From the IMG/VR virus record IMGVR_UViG_3300009500_000012: a stretch of 64,000 nucleotides of DNA; one strand, written 5' to 3'. This stretch comes from an uncultured virus (IMG/VR IMGVR_UViG_3300009500_000012) (Duplodnaviria; Heunggongvirae; Uroviricota; Caudoviricetes). The position numbers and the translations under genes are program-made. This document shows positions 18,350 to 30,725 of this stretch, in pieces (within the stretch, counting starts at the first letter, position 1; each line of letters opens with the position of its first letter). The notes beneath the pieces are model-generated. The model did not search any database. It was not told the DNA's origin and worked only from the letters and a program-made list of their open reading frames with translations.

Positions 18350-18741
18350 TCTTTAAGAATATTTAAACTTTCACGAATAAATTTAGCAATTTCTTCAAAT
18401 GTATATCCTCCTGAATCATTTAATCTATGTAAAGCTTGTCCATTAACATAGATTCTATATACATTATCCACACAAGATAGGGCTTCAAGACCTTCCCATT
18501 TAATTTCTTTTTGTTCAGGAATAATTCCCAACCATTTCACAAATTCAATTGGAGGTAAACTATTTATAGAGACATTAATTTTTTCTGCCATAGGTATATC
18601 AATGCTTGCAATTTTGCAACCAACGCCAAGACAACAAAATGATGCTTTATCATTAACAATTTTACAAAGAGTATTTTTGGCTTGTTTATATTCACCAGAC
18701 TCTAGTGCTTCACACCAGGCTAGTACATTTTCTTTGTTCAT
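18346..18741 (-). CDS. CCLGV-family phage protein, copy 1
   Basis: WxxxLxSGxxxQ...CCLGV...LND...F..IA. Confidence 0.75.
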   Translation of the reverse strand: MNKENVLAWCEALESGEYKQAKNTLCKIVNDKASFCCLGVGCKIASIDIPMAEKINVSINSLPPIEFVKWLGIIPEQKEIKWEGLEALSCVDNVYRIYVNGQALHRLNDSGGYTFEEIAKFIRESLNILKE

Positions 18742-19223
18742 TTCTGATTTCTTTCTGGTAATTTTGCAGCCCTACGAATTACACTTGCAATTTGTTTAAA
18801 ATCTTGCTTATTTTCATCATTCAATTGGTGTAGTGCCATACCATCCGCATAAATTATATATTGGTCGTATTCTGATTTAAGGTCGATAACATCCGTACCT
18901 TCTTGAAGAACACATTCTAAACCTTTTTGTTCAAGAAATACTTCATCATCAACTAGTTTGTTTTCAATACCTAACCATCTAATAAATTCAATTGGAACTA
19001 ATCCATAAATAGATGAATTTTTAGATAAATTGTAAGGAATTGATAGTACAATATCATCTTTTGTATGAACCATTGGTATAGGAATATTTGCAACATGGCA
19101 ACCTACTCCAAGACAACAGAATAATTTTTCATTATTAATAATTTGACAAAGAACCCTTTGAGTTTGTTTAAAATTACCTGATTCTAAAGCTTCACACCAT
19201 TTTAGGATATTATGTTTATTCAT
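18738..19223 (-). CDS. CCLGV-family phage protein, copy 2
   Basis: Same motifs. Confidence 0.75.
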   Translation of the reverse strand: MNKHNILKWCEALESGNFKQTQRVLCQIINNEKLFCCLGVGCHVANIPIPMVHTKDDIVLSIPYNLSKNSSIYGLVPIEFIRWLGIENKLVDDEVFLEQKGLECVLQEGTDVIDLKSEYDQYIIYADGMALHQLNDENKQDFKQIASVIRRAAKLPERNQK

Positions 19224-19227
19224 AATT

Positions 19228-19641
19228 TTAACCCCAATAATTTGGGTTTTTATCCATTCTTGCTTTTAAAGACATATAAGTTTTATCAAATTCAATATCA
19301 AGTTTTGTTTTATTTCCAACAATTCTTACACGACGACGCAATTTAGTTTTCTTTCCAAACTTTTTAAGTTTCAACCAAAGATGACTTGCACATGGATAGG
19401 CACGACAATCATTGCCATCATTATAAACTAATTCACGTTCATTAAAATCGGCTTTATATGGATATTTTTCACTAGCATAATCATGAACTTGCGTAATAGT
19501 TTTAAAATTACCATCACAATCTTGTACGGTTTGACCAACATAAAATTTCTTTGCTTTTTTCAGCATAAGAAAATCTCGTTCTCTTTGAAGAGAGTCAAGA
19601 CTTGGATGTGAACTACGTTTTTGATTAGAACGATAAGACAT
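19228..19641 (-). CDS. Hypothetical protein
   Basis: ORF in a tight operon. Confidence 0.6.
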   Translation of the reverse strand: MSYRSNQKRSSHPSLDSLQRERDFLMLKKAKKFYVGQTVQDCDGNFKTITQVHDYASEKYPYKADFNERELVYNDGNDCRAYPCASHLWLKLKKFGKKTKLRRRVRIVGNKTKLDIEFDKTYMSLKARMDKNPNYWG

Positions 19642-19643
19642 AA

Positions 19644-20108
19644 TTATACCGTAAATGTACCATATCCGAAAGTAAAATTAAAGTCCTCAGACCAATAGCC
19701 ATTAATAGTTTTTGGTTTTTCAACTATTTCATAACTAAAATCTTTGATTTGTGATTTAACCATTTCAAAAAATAATTTTGCTATATCTTCAGAACCAAAA
19801 TACATACTTCCGTTCTCCTCAATACTATTTGAAAAAATTTCAAAATCTACATTAAGAAGCGATTTAAGTTTTTCAACTAAATATTTATCTATTTTATAAT
19901 CTTCATATTCTGTACAAATAGGTTGAATTTCGTGTGGATTTGAAACATCATGTAAGGCAATACAAGATTTTTGAACAGCCTGTAAATAACCTTTTTTTAC
20001 ATCAGGTGCATCATGACTACAATTGAAAATATAAGTCTCATGTTTTCCATGACCATCATTTGACCAATCTCCAATCACAATGTGGTGAACAAATTTATTA
20101 TTTGTCAT
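19644..20108 (-). CDS. Conserved phage hypothetical (IGDWSNDGHGK...FGYG)
   Basis: ORF in a tight operon. Confidence 0.7.
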   Translation of the reverse strand: MTNNKFVHHIVIGDWSNDGHGKHETYIFNCSHDAPDVKKGYLQAVQKSCIALHDVSNPHEIQPICTEYEDYKIDKYLVEKLKSLLNVDFEIFSNSIEENGSMYFGSEDIAKLFFEMVKSQIKDFSYEIVEKPKTINGYWSEDFNFTFGYGTFTV

Positions 20109-20110
20109 AT

Positions 20111-20524
20111 CTATAAACCTTTAGGCGGCAAGCCCGCCGCAAGGCGAATACGTGCAGCAATATAATTAAAATCACGGCGTTTTATATCATTCATTTCAGA
20201 AAGAGATTCACCATCTGCAAAAATATTAACTATCTTTCCTGTTTTTACTATTGATTCTAAACCAATGCCCACTATATTTTCTGTAGTTTCTATTGGTTTA
20301 ATTTCTAGCCAGTTTGCAAAAGAACTAGGTGGCAAACCAGAAACAGAACGAGAACCATCTGATATAATAGGAATATCAATTTCTGCTACTTTACAACCTA
20401 CCCCAAGGCAGCAGAAACCATCTGAATTTGTGTTTGCTTCTTTTCTATATAGGGAACCAGATGCTTGTTGGTATTCTCCAGATTCTAAAGTTTCGCACCA
20501 TTTAAGAATATTGTCTTTGTTCAT
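20111..20524 (-). CDS. CCLGV-family phage protein, copy 3
   Basis: Same motifs. Confidence 0.75.
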   Translation of the reverse strand: MNKDNILKWCETLESGEYQQASGSLYRKEANTNSDGFCCLGVGCKVAEIDIPIISDGSRSVSGLPPSSFANWLEIKPIETTENIVGIGLESIVKTGKIVNIFADGESLSEMNDIKRRDFNYIAARIRLAAGLPPKGL

Positions 20525-20895
20525 AATGTATCCACATTCTTTTCTATTACATCAGCAATTTGTGAGAAAGTATAACCGCCATTATCATTCAATTCTGTTA
20601 ATGTATTATCCTTTGTTGCACCATATGCGGTACTAATACCTGATGCGGTACTAATACCTGCCCATTCTGATACCTGTTTTGGTAAAGCCGATGAATGTCC
20701 TTGATAAACATAATACAGATTATCTTCTAAAATTGGCGGAGGAATAATACCCTCTTCAACCGCAATTTCACACAATACACCGAGACAACAAAATTTATCT
20801 ATACCATTAACAACCTTATGTAAATTTGATTTGCCCTGTTCATATTTACCAGAACGTAGGCGTTTTGTCCACTTTTTTGCGATTTCTTTATTCAT
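20521..20895 (-). CDS. CCLGV-family phage protein, copy 4
   Basis: Same motifs. Confidence 0.75.
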   Translation of the reverse strand: MNKEIAKKWTKRLRSGKYEQGKSNLHKVVNGIDKFCCLGVLCEIAVEEGIIPPPILEDNLYYVYQGHSSALPKQVSEWAGISTASGISTAYGATKDNTLTELNDNGGYTFSQIADVIEKNVDTL

Positions 20896-21034
20896 CTAAT
20901 ATACCTTTTTTTACAAAATTTACAAGCAACTACATTGTTTCTAAAGAGCGGTCCATCCATGTAAATATCTAATGAAAAATGTAAAATGTGTTTTAATATA
21001 AATAAATACCAACCTATTTCATACTTCATTTTTC

Positions 21035-21499
21035 TCAGTCTTTTCCAAACGAATTAAGAGGTGACTTATCGCTTGCAAAGCCGACAAACCTCGACTCGTA
21101 AACACAGTAACCGCCACCTGCAACGGCGGCAATGCACCACGGATGCTTACATTGATATATATTCATTTTCCCGTGCTGGCAAACTGCCCTAACCATTTCA
21201 CGAAACGGTTTACTTGGTGGGGTCTGTGGTATATCGTTGTCAGTAGTATCGGACACCTCTTCGTATGTCGCTGCAAAAATCTCTGGTTTGCATGGATATA
21301 GTTCGCCTTCAACTCCACGAATAATAAAGTCGCCTTTGCTTGCGCGCATGACACCTTCCAGCGTGTCAATACTCAGTTCGCCAAGGTGCGAATTAGTGAA
21401 GTCTATGCGGCCAATGCCCACAAAAGCAAAAACTTCAATGGCATTATCGCCTTTCCATTGAACAGCTTCGATGACGACGGGCTTCTTTCGATATTTCAC
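21035..21499 (-). CDS. Conserved phage protein (KYRKKPVVIEAVQW...TLEG...YPCKPEIF)
   Basis: Widely seen phage family motif. Confidence 0.85.
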   Translation of the reverse strand: MKYRKKPVVIEAVQWKGDNAIEVFAFVGIGRIDFTNSHLGELSIDTLEGVMRASKGDFIIRGVEGELYPCKPEIFAATYEEVSDTTDNDIPQTPPSKPFREMVRAVCQHGKMNIYQCKHPWCIAAVAGGGYCVYESRFVGFASDKSPLNSFGKD

Positions 21500-22063
21500 G
21501 GTTGCGGGCTCCTTTCGGCTGTGTGCGAAGAGTCTTTTAATTCAATAAAGCCTAGCCTCGCAGCCGCGTTGATAACAGATTTGACCTGTTCGATTGAAAC
21601 AAATTCTTCGTCGCTTTGACTCGCGCAATCGTGCGCGCATCCATTCCACGAATTTTCGTCTCCGCAATCGCAAGGAGGTGTCGAAGCTTGAGCATAAATA
21701 TTCGACCACCATGATGTGGTGCCGACCTCATTTCCCATTTAAATTTAACCTATACCTTTTTCATCAAGAATCGCCAAAATATCGTCGGCATATACTGCTT
21801 GTAAATTGCCAAGTTTGCGTGTTTGACTTGGATTGCACAGCGCCTTCACAGCCCCTATCTGCGCCTCAAGTCTGTCTCGGTCTGCTTCGAGAAGTGTCAT
21901 ATCCACAGATTGGGCTTCAAGGTCGGCTTGCGCCTTATTAATTGCCTTTAGAAGAATTGGTACATCGTAATGAATAAGTTGAGCGCCGGTTTGATTTGAA
22001 AAGCCAGCAAGTTTTACATACTCCAGGCGTTTTATAATTTCATCTAAACACTTGTCGTCAAAG

Positions 22064-22489
<426 letters not shown>

Positions 22490-23324
22490 GGTTAACTTGC
22501 ACCTACTTCGCCAGCGACGGGCTGTGCGTATCCACACATACGGTTTCCGCCGTTTACATGAACGTACTCTTCGCGGTCTATGAAAAAAGCTAAACGTATA
22601 GGGGCATGGCAAATTTTGCATAGCACCGGCTGCGACGGCTCGGGCGGTTTTACGATATTTGCTGCAACCCAAAGAGCGTCGGGACTTCCAGGGCATTTAC
22701 GCTTAATCTCTTTCGTGATATGCTTCCGCAGGTCGGTTTCGTGCTTCGTGAGGACGGCGTGCATAACTGCTATTGCATTTTCTGTCGGCTCTGGAAAACA
22801 GCATCCGACTGTGCTGCGATAAAACAACGCCGCTATTCGCGCAGCGCGGCGCTCCTGGTCAGTCATTATTTTTATCTCCAATATTTTCGGAACACTCAAA
22901 GTAGGGCTGAGTAATGTAAGGACCTCTGTATTTATTGGTATAAACAAGGTGTTTGTCATGCACTTCAGCCGAACCACACGGTGCGGGAATTCCGGGACAA
23001 AAATCTAACCCGATTCTACCGTTCAGCCGAAACGTATGCTCTGCATGTATTTCAACCGCTCCGCAGGGCGCGGGGATGCCTGGGCACGACCCGGCATCGT
23101 CGTTATAGCCGTGTGCCGGATGCGGTTCCGTTAATCTCGACGGACACGAAAGCAGCATTTCGTTGACTCCGCCTTTGCCAAAATATTCATCATAGTGTGT
23201 ATATTTACAGCGCCGACACCAACCACCGGGCAAAGCACCTTCGCGCAAACGCAACTGCTTACATTTATCACATTGAATATTACAACCAGATATGTCGCCA
23301 TCCGGCAACCAAGGAGTCTCGTTA

Positions 23325-23753
23325 TCAGCGGCCATCGGTGGACTCAATTCCAAATCGTTGTTTGTGTTCTGGCGTTGAACCGAGGGGTCCAAGAAAATAT
23401 TCTAGCGTCGTATACTCATATGCGCCGCCAGCTTGGCAATCCCATCCGGTGTAATCGCAGCCTGCGTCAAGGAAAACGTGGGTATGACCCTTTTCGGTTG
23501 GTGTTTTAAGCGAAAACAAAACAATCCAATTCGGGCCATCATTTTCACCTTCAGAGTAATAAACAACCTCGGCAAGATTATCCACAAATACTTTTACATC
23601 ATCGCGACAGAACGTGTCATCGCCCCATCCATCGGTGTAGTATTTGTGGTTTCCGTTAAGAGCAATAGCAATGGCGCTTTGCCAATCGTAGTCTTTAAGT
23701 AGTTCAGCGACCGTCATTGCTTCTTCGTATGGTTCAATTGATTCATTCCCCAT
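23325..23753 (-). CDS. Conserved phage hypothetical (EGENDG...AGCDYTGWDC)
   Basis: ORF with overlapping start/stop junctions. Confidence 0.7.
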   Translation of the reverse strand: MGNESIEPYEEAMTVAELLKDYDWQSAIAIALNGNHKYYTDGWGDDTFCRDDVKVFVDNLAEVVYYSEGENDGPNWIVLFSLKTPTEKGHTHVFLDAGCDYTGWDCQAGGAYEYTTLEYFLGPLGSTPEHKQRFGIESTDGR

Positions 23754-24937
23754 TTGTATTCACCTGCGCTAGTAAAACACCATTAATATTGTCGCCAAGC
23801 AGCATTTGCTTACCACATGAACAGACGTAACCACGAACTTCGCGCTTCGGGCGTATAACGTGCTTCAACGCCTGCGCGTCGAGGGCGCGTATTGTGCTGC
23901 AAGGATATTTTTCTTCGTCATGGTTGCAGCAGCGAGGCTCGTCAAGAAACCCCTCGTAAGGATTGTGCAATTCGCGAACACGGTTAATGATACCTTGAAG
24001 TTCAAGAACATGAGCCGCCGTTTCAACTTGAATATTGTGCATCTGCAATTTCTCCTGGATGAAACGGCGAGATTCGACTTCCAATTCGCTAATTCTGGCC
24101 GATGCACGTTCTAGTTCGGCAGCGAGGTCACGAATCAACGACACTCCGTATCCCACATCACCGACGATATCACGGTTTTTGTATTTTATCGCTTCCGCAA
24201 TCAGCGCGGCGGTTTGGTCTTTATTCATGGTTTACCTCCAGTAAGGAAAGTGAGAAACCCATCTGCCTCATCAAGCCATTCTTCTTCACTAATGCCTTGG
24301 CACGTTTGACACCGGCAACCGTACTTACAAAGATACGCGGCGACTTCTTCACGCGATGGCAACGCCAATACCTCTGGAAATGGCTTTTTACACCATCCGC
24401 AAGTTTGACTTTTGACACATTCACAAAACTGTGATTTGTTATTATTATTGGTAGATTCTGCTTGCTTCAGGGCGTCGATAAGTTCAGCAATTACCCATTC
24501 TTTTTCGGGTTTTGGGTTTCGACTTCCATGCGGTGTGAAAAAAGTAACACCTTTAATCATTTTTTGTGCCTTGCGAAGTAGGGCCACATTTTTGTCGTTC
24601 ATCATTAAAACTTTTTAGGGTAGTTATATGGTAATGCTTCAGGATTAAATTCTAGTCTATCTTTGATTACGTTTTGACAACTTTCTAATTCATTAGCAAG
24701 TTTTCTTAAAATTTCAGGTGTCAATAAATCACTACCAAGAATTTTTACCATACGAGTATAGGATGCAAGCGTTAATTCTTGATTTGTATAAGCAAGGATT
24801 CCATCGCCATTGTCCATAAATGTAGTTTCTAAAGATAATGATTCTCCACCATTATCTTTAGGATTGAATACGAAATAATGTTTACCTAAAACTTTACTCA
24901 TAGTTTACTTCCGGTAAGAAATCCAATAATAAAAGTT

Positions 24938-25456
24938 TCAAGATTTTGCTTTCAGTTCGGCCCGAACGTAATTGACACAAGCGACGATGAAGGCGGCGTC
25001 CTCATTACGTAGAATACCGACCGCACCACCCTGTTCATCTTGCTGACCACCGATAACGATGTATGTGGTTTCGTCATCTGAGAGGTAAATAGAAGCGCCC
25101 TCTTCCGAGAACGGCCCACAATACTCACGGGCACCCTCATCGCTAACCCAATTGCCGGGCGTTGCCTCTTCCGACAATTTAGCAAGGTCACATAAGGAAT
25201 AATTCATGTTATGCACCTCCTTGGGAGTTTTGCCGTCGCCGGACTCCCACCCGCACTCGTTGCAGAGAAGAAAGCGGCGACCATCGTTCTCGGCGCAAGT
25301 CGGCGGGGAAGTCCAATGCTGAACGCGACCGTCCATGCACATCGGGCATTGAACCGAATTATGTTGGGCGAGAGCGGCTTCCCACGCAAAGCGCATAGTA
25401 TCATACGAATCGCTTGGGTAAACTGTCTTCTTAAACCAATCGTCAAATGTATTCAT
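24938..25456 (-). CDS. Ead/Ea22-like domain protein
   Basis: ATPGNW...NEDAAFIVA. Confidence 0.6.
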   Translation of the reverse strand: MNTFDDWFKKTVYPSDSYDTMRFAWEAALAQHNSVQCPMCMDGRVQHWTSPPTCAENDGRRFLLCNECGWESGDGKTPKEVHNMNYSLCDLAKLSEEATPGNWVSDEGAREYCGPFSEEGASIYLSDDETTYIVIGGQQDEQGGAVGILRNEDAAFIVACVNYVRAELKAKS

Positions 25457-25487
25457 AGCCCTACGTTACCATAAATTCTTAGTTATG

Positions 25488-25868
25488 TCAAAGTTTATCG
25501 ACGTTTTTTTCTATTAAGACTGCTATATCGTTAAAGCTTATACCCTTGTCATTAAAATAAGCTAAACTTGCACCAACAGATGTGTTTAGGGAACTTATTT
25601 TTCCTTCACAAGTTTTTAAACCAGCCCAATTTTGAACTACAGGTGGCAAAAGAACCGCATACACGTTATTGTCATAAAAATATAAATTATCTTTTAAATT
25701 AGGTTCTTCAATAACTCCTTCTTCTACGGCCATATCTGCAAGGACACCTAAACAACAATAGGTAATAATTCCATCATTTTTCCCAAAACGTTTTAATGAA
25801 CCTCTACCTTGTTTAAATTTACCTGAACGAAGTCTTTCACACCATTTGTCTGCAATCTCTTTATTCAT
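25488..25868 (-). CDS. CCLGV-family phage protein, copy 5
   Basis: Same motifs. Confidence 0.75.
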   Translation of the reverse strand: MNKEIADKWCERLRSGKFKQGRGSLKRFGKNDGIITYCCLGVLADMAVEEGVIEEPNLKDNLYFYDNNVYAVLLPPVVQNWAGLKTCEGKISSLNTSVGASLAYFNDKGISFNDIAVLIEKNVDKL

Positions 25869-28087
25869 TTCTTCTCTTCTCTTTCTTTAAGTTGTGCTTT
25901 AGTTGGCCAATATCTTGGAGAACCATATTTTTCAAATAATTCTGCCATCTTGGCAAAACCTCTTGAACGTTCTTCCATAAGAACATCGTATCCATAATCT
26001 TCGTCTCTTAATTTTTCAATTTCTTTGATTTGTTTTTGCCACCAACTAAAATGAGTCATTACTCCATGTGAAACCAAAAATTCACCAAGCCCAGTTAATT
26101 TAATTGGGCCTTTTTTCTTTTCTTCACTCATTATTATTATTCTTCTTAGTCTCTAAAACTGCATCTGCAATATCCATACATATAACCCAACGTTGGTCTG
26201 CATCCCATTTGGGGGTAATTGGTAAAAGAATTGAATGAACAATTTTTGCAGCATCACTAGCAAGAGATTCTAATTCTATTGCTGATTGGGCAATTTGGTA
26301 TTGAAGCCATTTAGGTTGTTGGTTTAATTTTCCCAATGAATCAAGAGCATTATAAATTTGTTGTTCTATTTCTTCAAAAGTTCCAACTGGAGCAATATCA
26401 AACATTCGACATAACTTAAAATATGCTTCTAAGTCTTTTTCAGGTATTTCGCGTCCGAATTTTGCTTTATATCCTACACGAACTTCATCATCAGTAATAC
26501 GTTTTAAAATTTCCATTTGTTTTCCATGAATCTTTCCACACCAACAAAAATAAGGGTTTAATATAAAATGATGGCCATATCTTTCGAAATGAAATTTTTC
26601 AGGTTTCCCACATTGTGCTGTAGAACCATCTACAGCATGATAGGTTGCTTTGCAATTTTTGTCAATCACATATGAATACATATATAAAATAAACCGAAAC
26701 CTAAAATTCCTAAAACAATTAAAGCAGGAAAAAAACTTAAATATATAATGTCCCAATATTTAGAAAATTTAAGTATTTTTTCCGCATTTTCTTGACTCAT
26801 TTCTAATTGATTGTTATTAATTTTCATTTAAGCAAACTCAATCTACAATTCATAAATTTTAAATCTAAAGAAGCCTTCTTTGCGTTTTGCATACTCAGGA
26901 ACATCCCAAGAAAGAGGGTCATCTTCAGGTATTTGAAGAAATTTATTCCAATCTTCGCTTTTATTTTCTGGTATCACATAATAATGACCAGAATCATCAG
27001 AAACTAATATGTACCATTTATCTTCATTAGTATTCATTTATGCAGGCTAGCTCAAATATTTTCATACATTCATTTAATTTTTCTTCAAGGTATAATTTTA
27101 AAATGTCATCTTCATATTTTTTATTTTTAATGTAAATAAATAATTGAAAATATTCATAATAAGTATCTATGAAATCTTTTCTAATTGTTTTATCATCATT
27201 AAGACCCATAGCATAAGATAAATTATCTAATGCTGCCAATGTTCTTTTGAGATTAGGATTTGTTTTAAAATCTTGCAAAGCCAGTTCTTTGGCAAATTTA
27301 CTATAGTTTATTTTGTCCATTTATCCGCCCCAAGGCAAACATTTATCACAACCTTCGCCCCAACCCATATGAGGTTCATTGCCATGTAAGGGTAATTCAT
27401 ATTCTTTAATTATTAGTTTTAATTTTGAAATTGTTTGTTTATATTTATCTATTTCAGCATTATGTCTAGAATATCTATCTTCTAATAAACAGATTCTGTA
27501 TAGAGTATCTTTAATTAATTCCCTTTGTTCATCCTTAAGATTATCTTCTTTTAATAATTTTTGTAATTTATTCGGAATTTCTTCCTTATTAAATTTAGTT
27601 ACTAAATCCATAAAAGACTGGCTATATTTTTCGACCATTTCATACGCCCATGCACATGAACGTCTTAACATGGTCAAATCAGCAGGAACTTCCCATTCCC
27701 TACCACTATATGATGTGGTTTTTACTGTATCTTGTTTCTTTCTCATAATTATGTGAATAATGCTCCACTTTTATCCAGATAATCAATTATTTGATACATT
27801 GTTTTATCTTTAAATGCAGGAATTACATACGGCTTTTTTGCATTAAAAGTAATAACATGAATTTTCGTTTTACTTATTGATTCTAAATTAGTTGGTAATT
27901 CTAAACTAAAAGTAAATTGTACATTATCGCCAGAACGCATGTAAATAGGTTGTCCACCAGGTAAATCAAATTTATGATTTCCTAAAATAGGGTCTATATT
28001 TCTACGACTTAAAGGTGTAGCAAGATTAATGGGAACAGCAGTAGAACCTGCAATAGCCATAAGACTAACCACAAAAGTATTTCTTTT

Positions 28088-28344
28088 CATGATTCTAAAT
28101 CCTTAATTTCAAAACTAAAAGGTTCAACTGGTTCCCTTTATCAAAACACCATAAAAAATTTTTTGCTATTGGTGGTAAATTTTTTATATAAATTAAAATC
28201 TTTATCAACGATGTAAAAATTATCTAATGAAACGTAAATATCAGCATTTAAAATTTTTTCTTTAATTGCTAATGCTATAGGACAATGCGAAGAAACATGT
28301 CTAGCACCTTCATTAATATGTTTTTTTGTTACTTTAATAATCAT
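28088..28344 (-). pseudogene. Interrupted paralog of 14763..15083
   Basis: In-frame TGA-TAA, then REPVEPFSFEI matching the paralog C-terminus. Confidence 0.45.
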
Positions 28345-28701
28345 ATTTAATTTAAATTATTTATTTGATGTTTTAATTCTTGTAAATCTTTATTGTCTAA
28401 TATAATGAATGGCACTTCAATGTTTTCATCGTTTTGAGTAATTTCACATGATAACACGGCCCATTCTATTTCCGACATAGTATAAGCACGATGCATCTGA
28501 ATTGCTATCTTTCCATATTCGTCTCTGAATATAAGATAGAATGGCTGTTTCTGTAAAGTTTTCTTTTTACTCATTTTTTACAGTTACAACTCCCTAATAA
28601 AGCATAACATATTCTACATTTAGGAAAACGAACGCTCATATAACTTATTTACCTCTTGACCATTAGATTATATAACCATTCGAGTATTGCGATTTCTATT
28701 C

Positions 28702-29067
28702 CTACTTCTTATCTTTTTTCTTTGTATGATAATCTTCAAAATCTTTAAAACTATCAAAAACATATTGAGAATCTTTATTGATAACATTTCTCCAATAATT
28801 GGACATGTCTTTATCTCTAGGTAATTTACAAAGACGTTTAGAAAGAATAGCAAATCCTGCACAAAATTGAACCTTTGAATCAGGATTCATGATTTGATTT
28901 TTTATAAAATCATGGTCTTCATAATTTACTGTTGGATGACAAGGAAAAACTTCTTCATTTAAGATTGCATTTTTAATATCAGAAATAGAATAAGCCCCAA
29001 GCCATCCTGGGGCACTATTCTTTTTAAAAGGACATTGCTTACAAGGGTCTTTACGATTAAATTTCAT
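28702..29067 (-). CDS. Cys-rich protein (PCxxCPF...FPCH...CAG; DUF6283-like)
   Basis: Motif pattern. Confidence 0.6.
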   Translation of the reverse strand: MKFNRKDPCKQCPFKKNSAPGWLGAYSISDIKNAILNEEVFPCHPTVNYEDHDFIKNQIMNPDSKVQFCAGFAILSKRLCKLPRDKDMSNYWRNVINKDSQYVFDSFKDFEDYHTKKKDKK

Positions 29068-29422
29068 TTATATTTTTTATTTTTGTCCGTTCGTAATATG
29101 TGTTTTGTTGGTCTTTTACTATATTTCTTTCAATAACGTCAAAAGACATTTTTAAAACAATATTACTAATTAGCAAACTTAATATACCATATAAAACTTG
29201 ACCCTTAATGATAAAATAGATAAATACAGCCATTCCAATAGGGATTATTAAAAAAGATAAAATAAGATGGCTGAAATATTCTAAGAATGCATAGAAGGAT
29301 ACAAAACAATCAATAAAACTTTTAAAGAGGAATTTTCCAAAATTGGGTTCGAGATAATCTTGTAGTTTCATATTCCTATATTATCATTCATTTTTAGTTC
29401 TTGCAAGTTTACCCGCAAAAAA

Positions 29423-29890
29423 TTATGCAGCAGCAGGAAAATAAAGGGAATATAAACTAGAACCTGATTTTTTAGCTTTATTTTTCTTAAAAAATGAATC
29501 TCCAATTTTATCAAATGGATATAAAGAAATTGGAGGTAAACATTTCTTCTTTTGAAGAGTTTTTAAATGTTTTGATAATTTTGTTCCAATTCCTTTACGA
29601 CGATAACTTTCACTAACAAAAAAGTAAGCAGTATAATACTTTCTTTTCCATTTGCTTTTCCAAAAAAGACACCACCCAACAATTTTATCTTCAATTATAG
29701 CCATAATAACATGACCATCTTTAACAGTTGGCTTTTTATTTCTTAATGCTTCTAAAATGGATTGCATAGAACCTTCATCGCCTAAATTTAGTTGATAAAG
29801 AATTTGATATTCTTTATTTGTTAACTTTAAAACACTTTTTGATTTTAATTTCACAATTATGGCTTTTTCTTTTTCCCACAATAAGAACAA
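29423..29890 (-). CDS. GNAT acetyltransferase
   Basis: FVSESYRRKGIGTKL acetyl-CoA motif. Confidence 0.85.
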   Translation of the reverse strand: MFLLWEKEKAIIVKLKSKSVLKLTNKEYQILYQLNLGDEGSMQSILEALRNKKPTVKDGHVIMAIIEDKIVGWCLFWKSKWKRKYYTAYFFVSESYRRKGIGTKLSKHLKTLQKKKCLPPISLYPFDKIGDSFFKKNKAKKSGSSLYSLYFPAAA

Positions 29891-30002
29891 AATAACATTC
29901 TGGGAATGGCATATCTTATGGTTGTATTACCTGGAATAGGTAATAGCGCGCCTTCCCCTTCATTATCCCAATAAGAATGAAAACCCAAAAAACATAGAAA
30001 TC

Positions 30003-30725
30003 TCATTTTAAATTATATACCTTTACAGAATTTTCTCTACTAGACTGCAATTTTTCCATGAATTCTTTGCGACCTTTAATCATTTCCTTAAAGGCATCTT
30101 GATTTGAATTCATTGCCTCGCTAAATTCATCATATACTTCTCCGCCATCAAATATATGTTTCATCAAAGAAGTATATTTCTCCCTCATCAAATAATAATT
30201 AATGATGGAAATTTCCGGGTCTAATCCAAGACTTGTCAAGTATGGATTTTTAATCAAATCTATTTCTGCCCAACGAGTAATCGCATCTAAAGGAATCTTT
30301 CCATGATAACAACAATTTCCAAGAGACTGAATACTTAATACCCAACCTTCAATTGGATTTTTGTGATTAGTTTTTGTATCTGTAACCATTAGATGCCTAT
30401 AGTCTAATGGATTAGATTCAAGAGTGGCTTCTTTTAAAGAAATATTTTCATGCTTTGTGCGGGTTTGTCCAATAAAATCTTCATCAGGACACAGCCGATT
30501 TTGTCGCAATAAATCAGAATCAATTTCAAAGATAGCACATTTATCATTAGCATTCTTCATCGCACTAATTGCAAAATACAATGCGTATGCCGTCGTCATA
30601 TAAACAAAGCCAGGATGTGAAGGATATTCTTCCCAATTTCCTGTTTGAGTTTCATTGCGAGGTTTTATACCCCATTTAAGAATATGAGAAGCGGCCTGAA
30701 TTGAAGTGCCATGATATAACTTCAT
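30003..30725 (-). CDS. ADP-ribosyltransferase-fold protein
   Basis: LYHGTS...GIKP...VYMTT...YHGKIP. Confidence 0.65.
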   Translation of the reverse strand: MKLYHGTSIQAASHILKWGIKPRNETQTGNWEEYPSHPGFVYMTTAYALYFAISAMKNANDKCAIFEIDSDLLRQNRLCPDEDFIGQTRTKHENISLKEATLESNPLDYRHLMVTDTKTNHKNPIEGWVLSIQSLGNCCYHGKIPLDAITRWAEIDLIKNPYLTSLGLDPEISIINYYLMREKYTSLMKHIFDGGEVYDEFSEAMNSNQDAFKEMIKGRKEFMEKLQSSRENSVKVYNLK

